This document shows, in pieces, positions 26,470-40,100 of a stretch of DNA of 64,000 bases. The notes under the pieces were generated by a model. That model did not search any database and was not told the DNA's origin. It saw only the letters and a list, made by a program, of their open reading frames with translations. The stretch lies in assembly GCA_009914755.4 (NCBI GenBank), contig CP086569.2, forward strand, positions 30,880,001 to 30,944,000, in the 5' to 3' direction. This DNA comes from the human T2T-CHM13v2.0 reference genome, Homo sapiens. The translations under genes and the position numbers were made by a program. Numbering within the stretch: the first letter of the stretch is position 1; each line of letters starts with the position of its first letter.

Positions 26470-29400
26470 ATGGAATCGAATGGAAAGGACTCGAATGGAA
26501 ATCACTCGAATAGAATGCAATTTAATAAAATAGGATCAAATGTAATGGAATGGAATGGAAAGGAATCGAAACGAAAGGAATGGAGACAGATGGAATGGAA
26601 TGGAACAGAGAGCAATGGTATAGAATGGAATGGAATCATCTGGAATGGAATTGAATGGAATGGAATAATATGAAATGGAATGGAATGGAATGCCCTTGAA
26701 TTAAATGGACTGGACTCGAACAGAGTGGAATGGAAAGTGTTGAGATAGAATGGAATGGACTCCTTTGGAATGGTGTAGTATGCAATGCAATCGACTGGCA
26801 TGGAATCAAAAGGAATGTAATGGAATGGATTGGACTGGAATGCAATGGACTCGAATAGATTGGAAACGGAATGCAAAGGAATGGAATGGAATAGTACGGA
26901 ATGGAATGGAAGGGAATGGAGTGGAATAGACTAGAGTGGAATGCAATGGACTGGAAAGCAATGGACTGGAATGGAACTTTCTTGAATGGACTGGAACCAA
27001 ACGGAATGGAACGCATTGCAATCAAATGGCATGGAATAAAATAGAATGAAAGAGAATCAAATGGAATTGAATCGAATGGAATCGAATGGATTGGAAAGGA
27101 ATAGAATGGAATGGAATGGAATTGACTCAAATGGAATGGACTAGAATGGAATGGATTCGAATGGAAGGCAAAGGAATGGAATCTATTGGAATGGACTGTA
27201 ATGGAATGGAATGGAAGGGATTGGAATGGACTCGAATGGAATGGACTGCAATAGAAAGGATTCGAATGGAATGAAAAAGAATTGAATGGAATAGAACAGA
27301 ATGGAATCAAATCGAATGAAATGGAATGGAATAGAAAGGAATGGAATGAAATGGAATGGAAAGGATTCGAATGGAATGCAATCGAATGGAATGGAATCGA
27401 ACGGAATGGAATAAAATGGAAGAAAACAGGCAAGAAATGGAATCGAAAGGAATGGAGTGTTATGGAACGGACTCAAAAGGAATTGAATGTAATAGAATGG
27501 AGTGGAGTGGACTCGAATATAATGGACTGGAATGGAATGAAATCACATGGAATGGGAACGAATGGAATGGAATGGAAAGGAATGGAATCGAATGGAAAGG
27601 AATCGAATGGAAGGGAATGAAATTGAATCAACAGGAATGGAAGGGAATAGAATAGACGGTAATGGAATGGACTCGAATAGAATGGACACGAATGCTCAAA
27701 TTGAATGGACTCGAATGGAATGGAAACGAAAGGAATGTCATCGAATGGAATTGAATCGATTGGAATGAAATCGCATAGAATGGAGTGGAATCAAATGGAA
27801 TTGAATCGAAAGGAAAGGAAGCGAATGGACTGAAATGAAATGGAATGGAATTGAATGGAAAGTAATGCAATGGAATAGAAGGGAACGAAATTTCACGGAA
27901 TGGAATCAAACTGAATGGAATCAAATCAATGGAATCAAATCAAATGGAATGGAAAGGAATTGAATGGAGTAGATTGGATTGGATGGGATTGGAATGAAAT
28001 GTACTGGAAAGGACTCGAATTTCATGAAACGGAATGGAATGAATTGGAACGGAATGGACTCGAATGGAATGGAATGTCATGGAATGGCATCAAATGGAAT
28101 GGCATCAAATGGAATGGAATCGAATGCAATGGAATGCTATGGAATGGAATTGAATGCATTGGAATGGAATGTCCTCTAATGGAATGGATTCGAGTGGAAT
28201 GGAATCGAATATAATGGAGTCGAATGAAATGGAATTGAAAGGAATGGGATCGAATACAATGGAATATACTGGAATGTAATGTAATGAACACGAATGTAAC
28301 TGACTGGAATGGAATGTACATGAATGGAATGTAATCGAAAGGAAAGTAATCCAATGGAATAGAATCTAATGCAATAAAATCGACTCAGATAGAGTAGAAT
28401 GTAATGGAATGGAGTGCAGTGCAATGGAATGGAATGGAATGGAATGCAATGGAATGGAATGGAATGGAATGGAATGGAATGGAATGGAATGGAATGGGAT
28501 GGAATGGTATGGAATGGATAGTAATGGACTGGAGTGAAATGGACTGGAAAGGAATGGACTCAAATTGAAAGGGCTCGAAAGGAATGGAGTCAAATGGAAT
28601 GGTCTGGAATGGAATGAACACGAATGTAATGCAATCCAATAGAATGGAATCGAATGGCATGGAATATAAAGAAATGGAATCGAAGAGAATGGAAACAAAT
28701 GGAATGGAATTGAATGGAATGGGAACGAATGGAGTGAAATTGTATGCAGTAGAAGGGAATAGAATGGAATGCAAGCGAAAGGAAAGGAATGGATTGGAAT
28801 GGAATGGAATTCATTGGAATGGAAGGGAATGTAGTGTAATGGACAGGCCTGGAATAAAGTGGAATGCTACGGTCTCGAATGGAATAAAAATGTATGGAAT
28901 GGAATGCAATGAAACGGAATCGAATGTCATAGAATGTAATGGAATGCAAAAAAATGGAATCCAAAATCATTGACTGGAAAGGCTGGGTGTCGAAAGGAAT
29001 TGACTCCAATGGAATGGAATCGAATGGAGTGGAAGTGAATAGAATCGAACTAAATCGAATGGAATGGAATTGATAGGAACGGAATGGAAAGGAATGCAAT
29101 GATTTGGCACGGAATGGAATCGAATGGCATCGAATGGAATGGAATGGAATGCAATGGAATGGAACGTATTAGAATGTAATGAACTTTAATGGAATGTACT
29201 CGAATGGATTCGACTGGAATGGAATGTTCTGGAAGTGAATGGACTCCAATGGAATGGATTCAAAAGGAATGGAATCGTACGGAATGGAATCTAATGGAAT
29301 GGAATTAAATGGAAATGAATCAAATTGAATAGCATGGAATTGAATTGAATGGAATCGAATGCAATGGAATCTAATGAAACGGAAAGGAAAGGAATGGAAT

Positions 29401-30003
29401 GGAATGGAATGGGCTGGAATGGAAAGGAATCGAAACGAATGGAATGGAATCGAACTGAAGAGACTGGAATGGAATGCACTGGAATGGAAGGGAGTGTAAT
29501 GGAAGGTTCTCGAAAAAAATGGAATCGAATGGAATGGAATTGAATGGAACGGAATAGAGTCGAATGGAATTGAATGGAATGGAATGGACTAGAGTGAAAT
29601 GGAATCGAACCACAAGGAATGGACAGGAATAGAATGGTCTCGAATTGAATGGAATCGTATGGAATGGCATCAAACGGAATGGAATGGACAGCCACGGAAT
29701 GGAATGCACTCGAATGCAATGGAGTCGAAACTAATGGACTGGAATAGAATGGACTCGACTGGTACGGACTCCAATGGAATGGAATCGAATGGAAGGGAAT
29801 CGAACGGAATGGACTCGAAGGGAAAAGACTGCAATGGAAAGGTCTCGAATGGAATGGAAATAAATGGAATGGAATGGAATCGAATGAAATGGAGTCAAAA
29901 GGAATGGAATCGAATGGCAAGAAATCGAATGTAATGGAATCGCAAGGAATTGATGTGAACGGAACGGAATGGAATGGAATCCAAAGGAATGGAATAGAAT
30001 GGA
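26470..30003 (+). repeat. HOR unit 8 (3534 bp, variant B)
   Basis: Landmarks at 26470 and 30004. GGCC at 28847–28850. Nearly identical to unit 15 at offset +26880. Confidence 0.85.
28446..28500 (+). repeat. Pure (GGAAT)n tract of about 10 perfect repeats in unit 8
   Basis: Seen directly: an uninterrupted run of 'tggaa' × ~10 after 'ggaatgcaatgg'. Confidence 0.8.
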
Positions 30004-33000
30004 ATGGAATCGAATGGAAAGGACTCGAATGGAAATCACTCGAATAGAATGCAATTTAATAAAATAGGACCAAATGTAATGGAATGGAATGGAAAGGAAT
30101 CGAAACGAAAGGAATGGAGACAGATGGAATGGAATGGAACAGAGAGCAATGGTATAGAATGGAATGGAATCATCTGGAATGGAATTGAATGGAATGGAAT
30201 AATATGAAATGGAATGGAATGGAATGGAATGGAATGCCCTTGAATTAAATGGACTGGAATGGAATGGACTCGAACAGAGTGGAATGGAAAGTGTTGAGAT
30301 AGAATGGAATGGACTCGTTAGGAATGGTCTGGTAGGCAATGCAATCGACTGGCAGGGAATCAAAAGGAATGTAATCGAATGGATTGGACAGGAATGCAAT
30401 GGACTCGAATAGATTGCAAACGGAATGCAAAGGAATGGAATGGAATAGTATGGAATGGAATGGAAAGGAATGGAGTGGAATAGACTAGAGTGGAATGGAA
30501 TGGACTGGAAAGAAATGGACTGGAATGGAACTTTCTTGAATGGACTGGAATCAAACGGAATGGAATGCAATGCAATCAAATGGCATGGAATAAAATAGAA
30601 TGAAAGAGAATCAAATGGAATTGAATCGAATGGAATCGAATGGATTGGAAAGGAATAGAATGGAATGGAATGGAATGGACTAGAATGGAATGGATTCGAA
30701 TGGAAGGCAAAGGAATGGAATCTATTGGAATGGACTGTAATGGAATGGAATGGAAGGGATTGGAATGGACTCGAATGGAATGGACTGCAATAGAAAGGAT
30801 TCGAATGGAATGAAAAAGAATTGAATGGAATAGAACAGAATGGAATCAAATCGAATGAAATGGAATGGAATAGAAAGGAATGGAATGAAATGGAATGGAA
30901 AGGATTCGAATGGAATGCAATCGAATGGAATGGAATCGAACGGAATGGAATAAAATGGAAGAAAACTGGCAAGAAATGGAATCGAAATGAATGGAGTGTT
31001 ATGGAACGGACTCAAAAGGAATTGAATGTAATAGAATGGAGTGGAGTGGACTCGAATATAATGGACTGGAATGGAATGAAATCACATGGAATGGGAACGA
31101 ATGGAATGGAATGGAAAGGAATGGAATTGAATGGAAAGGAATCGAATGGAAGGGAATGAAATTGAATCAACAGGAATGGAAGGGAATAGAATAGACGGTA
31201 ATGGAATGGACTCGAATTGAATGGACACGAATGCTCAAATTGAATGGACTCGAATGGAATGGAAACGAAAGGAATGTCATCGAATGGAATTGAATCGATT
31301 GGAATGAAATCGCATAGAATGGAGTGGAATCAAATGGAATTGAATCGAAAGGAAAGGAAGCGAATGGACTGAAATGAAATGGAATGGAATTGAATGGAAA
31401 GTAATGCAATGGAATAGAATGGAACGAAATTTCACGGAATGGAATCAAACTGAATGGAATCAAATCAATGGAATCTAATCAAATGGAATGGAAAGGAATT
31501 GAATGGAGTAGATTGGATTGGATGGGATTGGAATGAAATGTACTGGAAAGGACTCGAATTTCATGAAACGGAATGGAATGAATTGGAACGGAATGGAATC
31601 GAATGGAATGGAATGTCATGGAATGGCATCAAATGGAATGGCATCAAATGAAATGGAATCGAATGCAATGGAATGCTATGGAATGGAATGGAATGCATTG
31701 GAATGGAATGTCCTCTAATGGAATGGATTCGAGTGGAATGGCATCGAATATAATGGAGTCGAATGAAATGGAATTGAAAAGAATGGGATCGAATACAATG
31801 GAATATACTGGAATGTAATGAAATGAACTCGAATGTAATTGACTGGAATGGAATGTACATGAATGGAATGTAATCGAATGGAAAGTAATCCAATGGAATA
31901 GAATCTAATGCAATAAAATCGACTCAAATAGAGTAGAATGTAATGGAATGGAGTGCAGTGCAATGGAATGGAATGGAATGGAATGCAATGGAATGGAATG
32001 GAATGGAATGGAATGGAATTTAATGGAATGGGATGGAATGGTATGGAATGGATAGTAATGGACTGGAGTGAAATGGACTGGAAAGGAATGGACTCAAATT
32101 GAAAGGGCTCGAAAGGAATGGAGTCAAATGGAATGGTCTGGAATGGAATGAACACGAATGTAATGCAATCCAATAGAATGGAATCGAATGGCATGGAATA
32201 TAAAGAAATGGAATCGAAGAGAATGGAAACAAATGGAATGGAATTGAATGGAATGGAATTGAATGGAATGGGAACGAATGGAGTGAAATTGTATGCAGTA
32301 GTAGGGAATAGAATGGAATGCAAGCGAAAGGAAAGGAATGGATTGGAATGGAATGGAATTCATTGGAATGGAAGGGAATGTAGTGTAATGGACAGGCCTG
32401 GAATAAAGTGGAATGCTACGGTCTCGAATGGAATAAAAATGTATGGAATGGAATGCAATGAAACGGAATCGAATGTCATAGAATGTAATGGAATGCAAAA
32501 AAATGGAATCCAAAATCATTGACTGGAAAGGCTGGGTGTCGAAAGGAATTGACTCCAATGGAATGGAATCGAATGGAATGGAAGTGAATAGAATCGAACT
32601 AAATCGAATGGAATGGAATTGATAGGAACGGAATGGAAAGGAATGCAATGATTTGGCATGGAATGGAATCGAAAGGCATCGAATGGAATGGAATGGAATG
32701 CAATGGAATGGAATGTATTAGAATGTAATGAACTTTAATGGAATGTACTCGAATGGATTCGACTGGAATGGAATGTTCTGGAAGTGAATGGACTCCAATG
32801 GAATGGATTCCAAAGGAATGGAATCGTACGGAATGGAATCTAATGGAATGGAATTAAATGGAAATGAATCAAATTGAATAGCACGGAATTGAATTGAATG
32901 GAATGGAATGCAATGGAATCTAATGAAACGGAAAGGAAAGGAATGGAATGGAATGGAATGGGCTGGAATGGAAAGGAATCGAAACGAATGGAATGGAATC

Positions 33001-33552
33001 GAACTGAAGAGACTGGAATGGAATGCACTGGAATGGAAGGGAGTGTAATGGAAGGTTCTCGAAAAAAATGGAATCGAATGGAATGGAATTGAATGGAACG
33101 GAATAGAGTCGAATGGAATTGAATGGAATGGAATGGACTAGAGTGAAATGGAATCGAACCACAAGGGATGGACAGGAATACAATGGTCTCGAATTGAATG
33201 GAATCGTATGGAATGGCATCAAACGGAATGGAATGGACAGCCACGGAATTGAATGCACTCGAATGCAATGGAGTCGAAACTAATGGACTGGAATAGAATG
33301 GACTCGACTGGTACGGACTCCAATGGAATGGAATCGAATGGAAGGGAATCGAACGGAATGGACTCGAAGGGAAAAGACTGCAATGGAAAGGTCTCGAATG
33401 GAATGGAAATTAATGGAATGGAATGGAATCGAATGAAATGGAGTCAAAAGGAATGGAATCGAATGGCAAGAAATCGAATGTAATGGAATCGCAAGGAATT
33501 GATGTGAACGGAACGGAATGGAATGGAATCCAAAGGAATGGAATAGAATGGA
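30004..33552 (+). repeat. HOR unit 9 (3549 bp, variant C)
   Basis: Landmarks at 30004 and 33553. GGCC at 32396–32399. Nearly identical to unit 16 at offset +26880. The 413-aa artefactual ORFs 29731..30972 and 56611..57852 differ at one residue. Confidence 0.85.
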
Positions 33553-36500
33553 ATGGAATCGAATGGAAAGGACTCGAATGGAAATCACTCGAATAGAATG
33601 CAATTTAATAAAATAGGATCAAATGTAATGGAATGGAATGGAAAGGAATCGAAACGAAAGGAATGGAGACAGATGGAATGGAATGGAACAGAGAGCAATG
33701 GTATAGAATGGAATGGAATCATCTGGAATGGAATTGAATGGAATGGAATAATATGAAATGGAATGGAATGGAATGGAATGGAATGCCCTTGAATTAAATG
33801 GACTGGAATGGAATGGACTCGAACAGAGTGGAATGGAAAGTGTTGAGATAGAATGGAATGGACTCCTTTGGAATGGTGTAGTATGCAATGCAATCGACTG
33901 GCAGGGAATCAAAAGGAATGAAATGGAATGGACTGGACTGGAATGCAATGGACTCGAATAGATTGGAAACGGAATGCAAAGGAATGGAATGGAATAGTAT
34001 GGAATGGAATGGAAAGGAATGGAGTGGAATAGACTAGAGTGGAATGGAATGGACTGGAAAGCAATGGACTGGAATGGAACTTTCTTGAATGGACTGGAAT
34101 CAAACGGAATGGAATGCAATGCAATCAAATGGCATGGAATAAAATTGAATGAAAGAGAATGAAATGGAATTGAATCGAATGGAATCGAATGGATTGGAAA
34201 GGAATAGAATGGAATGGAATGGAATGGACTCAAATGGAATGGACTAGAATGGAATGGATTCGAATGGAAGGCAAAGGAATGGAATCTATTGGAATGGACT
34301 GTAATGGAATGGAATGGAAGGGATTGGAATGGACTCGAATGGAATGGACTGCAATAGAAAGGATTCGAATGGAATGAAAAAGAATTGAATGGAATAGAAC
34401 AGAATGGAATCAAATCGAATGAAATGGAATGGAATAGAAAGGAATGGAATGAAATGAATGGAAAGGATTCGAATGGAATGCAATCGAATGGAATGGAATC
34501 GAACGGAATGGAATAAAATGGAAGAAAACTGGCAAGAAATGGAATCGAAATGAATGGAGTGTTATGGAACGGACTCAAAAGGAATTGAATGTAATAGAAT
34601 GGAGTGGAGTGGACTCGAATATAATGGACTGGAATGGAATGAAATCACATGGAATGGGAACGAATGGAATGGAATGGAAAGGAATGGAATCGAATGGAAA
34701 GGAATCGAATGGAAGGGAATGAAATTGAATCAACAGGAATGGAAGGGAATAGAATAGACGGTAATGGAATGGACTCGAATAGAATGGACACGAATGCTCA
34801 AATTGAATGGACTCGAATGGAATGGAAACGAAAGGAATGTCATCGAATGGAATTGAATCGATTGGAATGAAATCGCATAGAATGGAGTGGAATCAAATGG
34901 AATTGAATCGAAAGGAAAGGAAGCAAATGGACTGAAATGAAATGGAATGGAATTGAATGGAAAGTTATGTAATGGAATACAATGGAACGAAATTTCACGG
35001 AATGGAATCAAACTGAATGGAATCAAATCAATGGAATCAAATCAAATGGAATGGAAAGGAATTGAATGGAGTAGATTGGATGGGATGGGATTGGAATGAA
35101 ATGTACTGGAAAGGACTCGAATTTCATGAAACGGAATGGAATGAATTGGAACGGAATGGACTCGAATGGAATGGAATGTCAGGGAATGGCATCAAATGGA
35201 ATGGCATCAAATGGAATGGAATCGAATGCAATGGAATGCTATGGAATGGAATGGAATGCATTGGAATGGAATGTCCTCTAATGGAATGGATTCGAGTGGA
35301 ATGGAATCGAATATAATGGAGTCGAATGAAATGGAATTGAAAGGAATGGGATCGAATACAATGGAATATACTGGAATGTAATGTAATGAACTCGAATGTA
35401 ATTGACTGGAATGGAATGTACATGAATGGAATGCAATTGAATGGAAAGTAATCCAATGGAATAGAATCTAATGCAATAAAATCGACTCAGATAGAGTAGA
35501 ATGTAATGGAATGGAGTGCAGTGCAATGGAATGGAACGGAATGGAATGCAATGGAATGGAATGGAATGGGATGGAATGGAATGGAATGGAATGGGATGGA
35601 ATTGTATGGAATGGATAGTAATGGACTGGAGTGAAATGGACTGGAAAGGAATGGACTCAAATTGAAAGGGCTCGAAAGGAATGGAATCAAATGGAATGGT
35701 CTGGAATGGAATGAACACGAATGTAATGCAACCCAATAGAATGGAATCGAATGGCATGGAATATAAAGAAATGGAATCGAAGAGAATGGAAACAAATGGA
35801 ATGGAATTGAATGGAATGGAATTGAATGGAATGGGAACGAATGGAGTGAAATTGTATGCAGTAGAAGAGAATAGAATGGAATGCAAGCGAAAGGAAAGGA
35901 ATGGATTGGAATGGAATGGAATTCATTGGAATGGAAGGGAATGTAGTGTAATGGACAGGCCTGGAATAAAGTGGAATGATACGGTCTCGAATGGAATAAA
36001 AATGTATGGAATGGAATGCAATGAAACGGAATCGAATGTCATAGAATGTAATGGAATGCAAAAAAATGGAATCCAAAATCATTGACTGGAAAGGCTGGGT
36101 GTCGAAAGGAATTGACTCCAATGGAATGGAATCGAATGGAATGGAAGTGAATAGAATCGAACTAAATCGAATGGAATGGAATTGATAGGAACGGAATGGA
36201 AAGGAATGCAATGATTTGGCATGGAATGGAATCGAATGGCATCGAATGGAATGGAATGGAATGCAATGGAATGGAATGTATTAGAATGTAATGAACTTTA
36301 ATGGAATGTACTCGAATGGATTCGACTGGAATGGAATGTTCTGTAAGTAAATGGACTCCAATGGAATGGATTCCAAAGGAATGGAATCGTACGGAATGGA
36401 ATCTAATGGAATGGAATTAAATGGAAATGAATCAAATTGAATAGCACGGAATTGAATTGAATGGAATGGAATGCAATGGAATCTAATGAAACGGAAAGGA

Positions 36501-37115
36501 AAGGAATGGAATGGAATGGAATGGGCTGGAATGGAAAGGAATCGAAACGAATGGAATGGAATCGAACTGAAGAGACTGGAATGGAATGCACTGGAATGGA
36601 AGGGAGTGTAATGGAAGGTTCTCGAAAAAAATGGAATCGAATGGAATGCAATTGAATGGAACGGAATAGAGTCGAATGGAATTGAATGGAATGGAATGGA
36701 CTAGAGTGAAATGGAATCGAACCACAAGGAATGGACAGGAATAGAATGGTCTCGAATTGAATGGAATAGTATGGAATGGCATCAAACGGAATGGAATGGA
36801 CAGCCACGGAATGGAATGCACTCGAATGCAATGGAGTCGAAACTAATGGACTGGAATAGAATGGACTCGACTGGTACGGACTCCAGTGGAATGGAATCGA
36901 ATGGAAGGGAATCGAACGGAATAGACTCGAAGGGAAAAGACTGCAATGGAAAGGTCTCGAATGGAATGGAAATTAATGGAATGGAATGGAATCGAATGAA
37001 ATGGAGTCAAAAGGAATGGAATCGAATGGCAAGAAATCGAATGTAAAGGAATCGCAAGGAATTGATGTGAACGGAACGGAATGGAATGGAATCCAAAGGA
37101 ATGGAATAGAATGGA
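33553..37115 (+). repeat. HOR unit 10 (3563 bp). Full-length counterpart of deleted unit 5.
   Basis: Landmark at 33553. Variant landmark (atgCaaagg) at 37116. GGCC at 35959–35962. Its 3' part (about 34.4 kb onward) matches unit 5 at offset 19772. Confidence 0.8.
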
Positions 37116-40100
37116 ATGGAATCGAATGCAAAGGACTCGAATGGAAATCACTCGAATAGAATGCAATTTAATAAAATAGGATCAAATATAATGGAATGGA
37201 ATGGAAAGGAATCGAAACGAAAGGAATGGAGACAGATGGAATGGAATGGAACAGAGAGCAATGGTATAGAATGGAATGGAATCATCTAGAATGTAATTGA
37301 ATGGAATGGAATAATATGAAATGGAATGGAATGGAATGGAATGCCCTTGAATTAAATGGACTGGAATGGAATGGACTCGAACAGAGTGGAATGGAAAGTG
37401 TTGAGATAGAATGGAATGGACTCCTTTGGAATGGTGTAGTATGCAATGCAATCGACTGACAGGGAATCAAAAGGAATGTAATCGAATGGATTGGACTGGA
37501 ATGCAATGGACTCGAATAGATTGGAAACGGAATGCAAAGGAATGGAATGGAATAGTATGGAATGGAATGGAAAGGAATGGAGTGGAATAGACTAGAGTGG
37601 AATGGAATGGACTCGAAAGCAATGGACTGGAATGGAACTTTCTTGAATGGACTGGAACCAAACGGAATGGAATGCAATGCAATCAAATGGCATGGAATAA
37701 GATAGAATGAAAGAGAATCAAATGGAATTGAATGGAATGGAATCGAATGGATTGGAAAGGAATAGAATGGAATGGAATGGAATTGACTCAAATGGAATGG
37801 ACTAGAATGGAATGGATTCGAATGGAAGGCAAAGGAATGGAATCTATTGGAATGGACTGTAATGGAATGCAATGGAAGGTATTGGAATGGACTCGAATGG
37901 AATGGACTGCAATAGAAAGGATTCGAATGGAATGAAAAAGAATTGAATGGAATAGAACAGAATGGAATCAAATCGAATGAAATGGAATGGAATAGAAAGG
38001 AATGGAATGAAATGGAATGGAAAGGATTCCAATGGAATGCAATCGAATGGAATGGAATCGAACGGAATGGAATAAAATGGAAGAAAACTGGCAAGAAATG
38101 GAATCGAAATGAATGGAGTGTTATGGAACGGACTCAAAAGGAATTGAATGTAATAGAATGGAGTGGAGTGGACTCGAATATAATGGACTGGAATGGAATG
38201 AAATCACATGGAAAGGGAAAGAATGGAATGGAATGGAAAGGAATGGAATTGAATGGAAAGCAATCGAACGGAAGGGAATGAAATTGAATCAACAGGAATG
38301 GAAGGGAATAGAATAGACGGTAATGGAATGGACTCTAATAGAATGGACACGAATGCTCAAATTGATTGGACTCGAATGGAATGGATACGAAAGGAATGTC
38401 ATCGAATGGAATTGAATCGATTGGAATGAAATTGCATAGAATGGAGTGGAATCAAATGGAATTGAATCGAAAGGAAAGGAAGCGAATGGACTGAAATGAA
38501 ATGGAATGGAATTGAATGGAAAGTAATGCAATGGAATAGAATGGAACGAAATTTCACGGAATGGAATCAAACTGAATGGAATCAAATCAATGGAATCAAA
38601 TCAAATGGAATGGAAAGGAATTGAATGGAGTAGATGGGATTGGATGAGATTGGAATGAAATGTACTGGAAAGGACTCGAATTTCATGAAACGGAATGGAA
38701 TGAATTGGAACGGAATGGACACGAATGGAATGGAATGTCATGGAATGGCATCAAATGGAATGGCATCAAATGGAATGGAATCGAATGCAATGGAATGCTA
38801 TGGAATGGAATGGAATGCATTGGAATGGAATGTCCTCTAATGGAATGGATTCGAGTGGAATGGAATCGAATATAATGGAGTCGAATTAAATGGAATTGAA
38901 AGGAATGGGACCGAATACAATGGAATATACTGGAATGTAATGTAATGAACTCGAATGTAATTGACTGGAATGGAATGTACATGAATGGAATGTAATCGAA
39001 TGGAAAGTAATCCAATGGAATAGAATCTAATGCAATAAAATCGACTCAAATAGAGTAGAATGTAATGGAATGGAGTGCAGTGCAATGGAATGGAATGGAA
39101 TGGAATGCAATGGAATGGAATGGAATGGAATGGAATGGGATGGAATGGGATGGAATGGATAGTAATGGACTGGAGTGAAATGGACTGGAAAGGAATGGAC
39201 TCAAATGGAAAGGGCTCGAAAGGAATGGAGACAAATGGAATGGAATGGAACAGAGAGCAATGGTATAGAATGGAATGGAATCATCTGGAATGGAATTGAA
39301 TGGAATGGAATAATATGAAATGGAATGGAATGGAATGGAATGGAATGCCCTTGAATTAAATGGACTGGAATGGAATGGACTCGAACAGAGTGGAATGGAA
39401 AGTGTTGAGATAGAATGGAATGGACTCTTTTAGAATGGTCTAGTATGCAATGCAATCGACTGGCAGGGAATCAAAGGAATGTAATCGAATGGATTGGACT
39501 GGAATGCAATGGACTCGAATAGATTGGAAACGGAATGCAAAGGAATGGAATGGAATAGTATGGAATGGAATGGAAAGGAATGGAGTGGAATAGACTAGAG
39601 TGGAATGGAATGGCCTGGAAAGCAATGGACTGGAATGGAACTTTCTTGAATGGACTGGAATCAAACGGAATGGAATGCAATGCAATCAAATGGCATGGAA
39701 TAAAATAGAATGAAAGAGAATCAAATGGAATTGAATCGAATGGAATCGAATGGATTGGAAAGGAATAGAATGGAATGGAATGGAATTGACTCAAATGGAA
39801 TGGACTAGAATGGAATGGATTCGAATGGAAGGCAAAGGAATGGAATCTATTGGAATGGACAGTAATGGAATGGAATGGAAGGGATTGGAATGGACTCGAA
39901 TGGAATGGACTGCAATAGAAAGGATTCGAATGGAATGAAAAAGAATTGAATGGAATAGAACAGAATGGAATCAAATCGAATGAAATGGAATGGAATAGAA
40001 AGGAATGGAATGAAATGGAATGGAAAGGATTCGAATGGAATGCAATCGAATGGAATGGAATCGAACGGAATGGAATAAAATGGAAGAAAACTGGCAAGAA

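Noticed and set aside
29731-30972. Longest ORF in the window (413 aa, − strand) and its twin 56611..57852. Many other ORFs of 100–320 aa lie on both strands.
   Set aside because: The peptides are period-5 low-complexity strings (…SIPFHSIPFHS…) generated by translating (ATTCC)n. The pentamer has no stop codon in any frame, so ORF length reflects repeat purity, not selection. ORFs overlap antisense ORFs everywhere and have no promoter, RBS or Kozak context.
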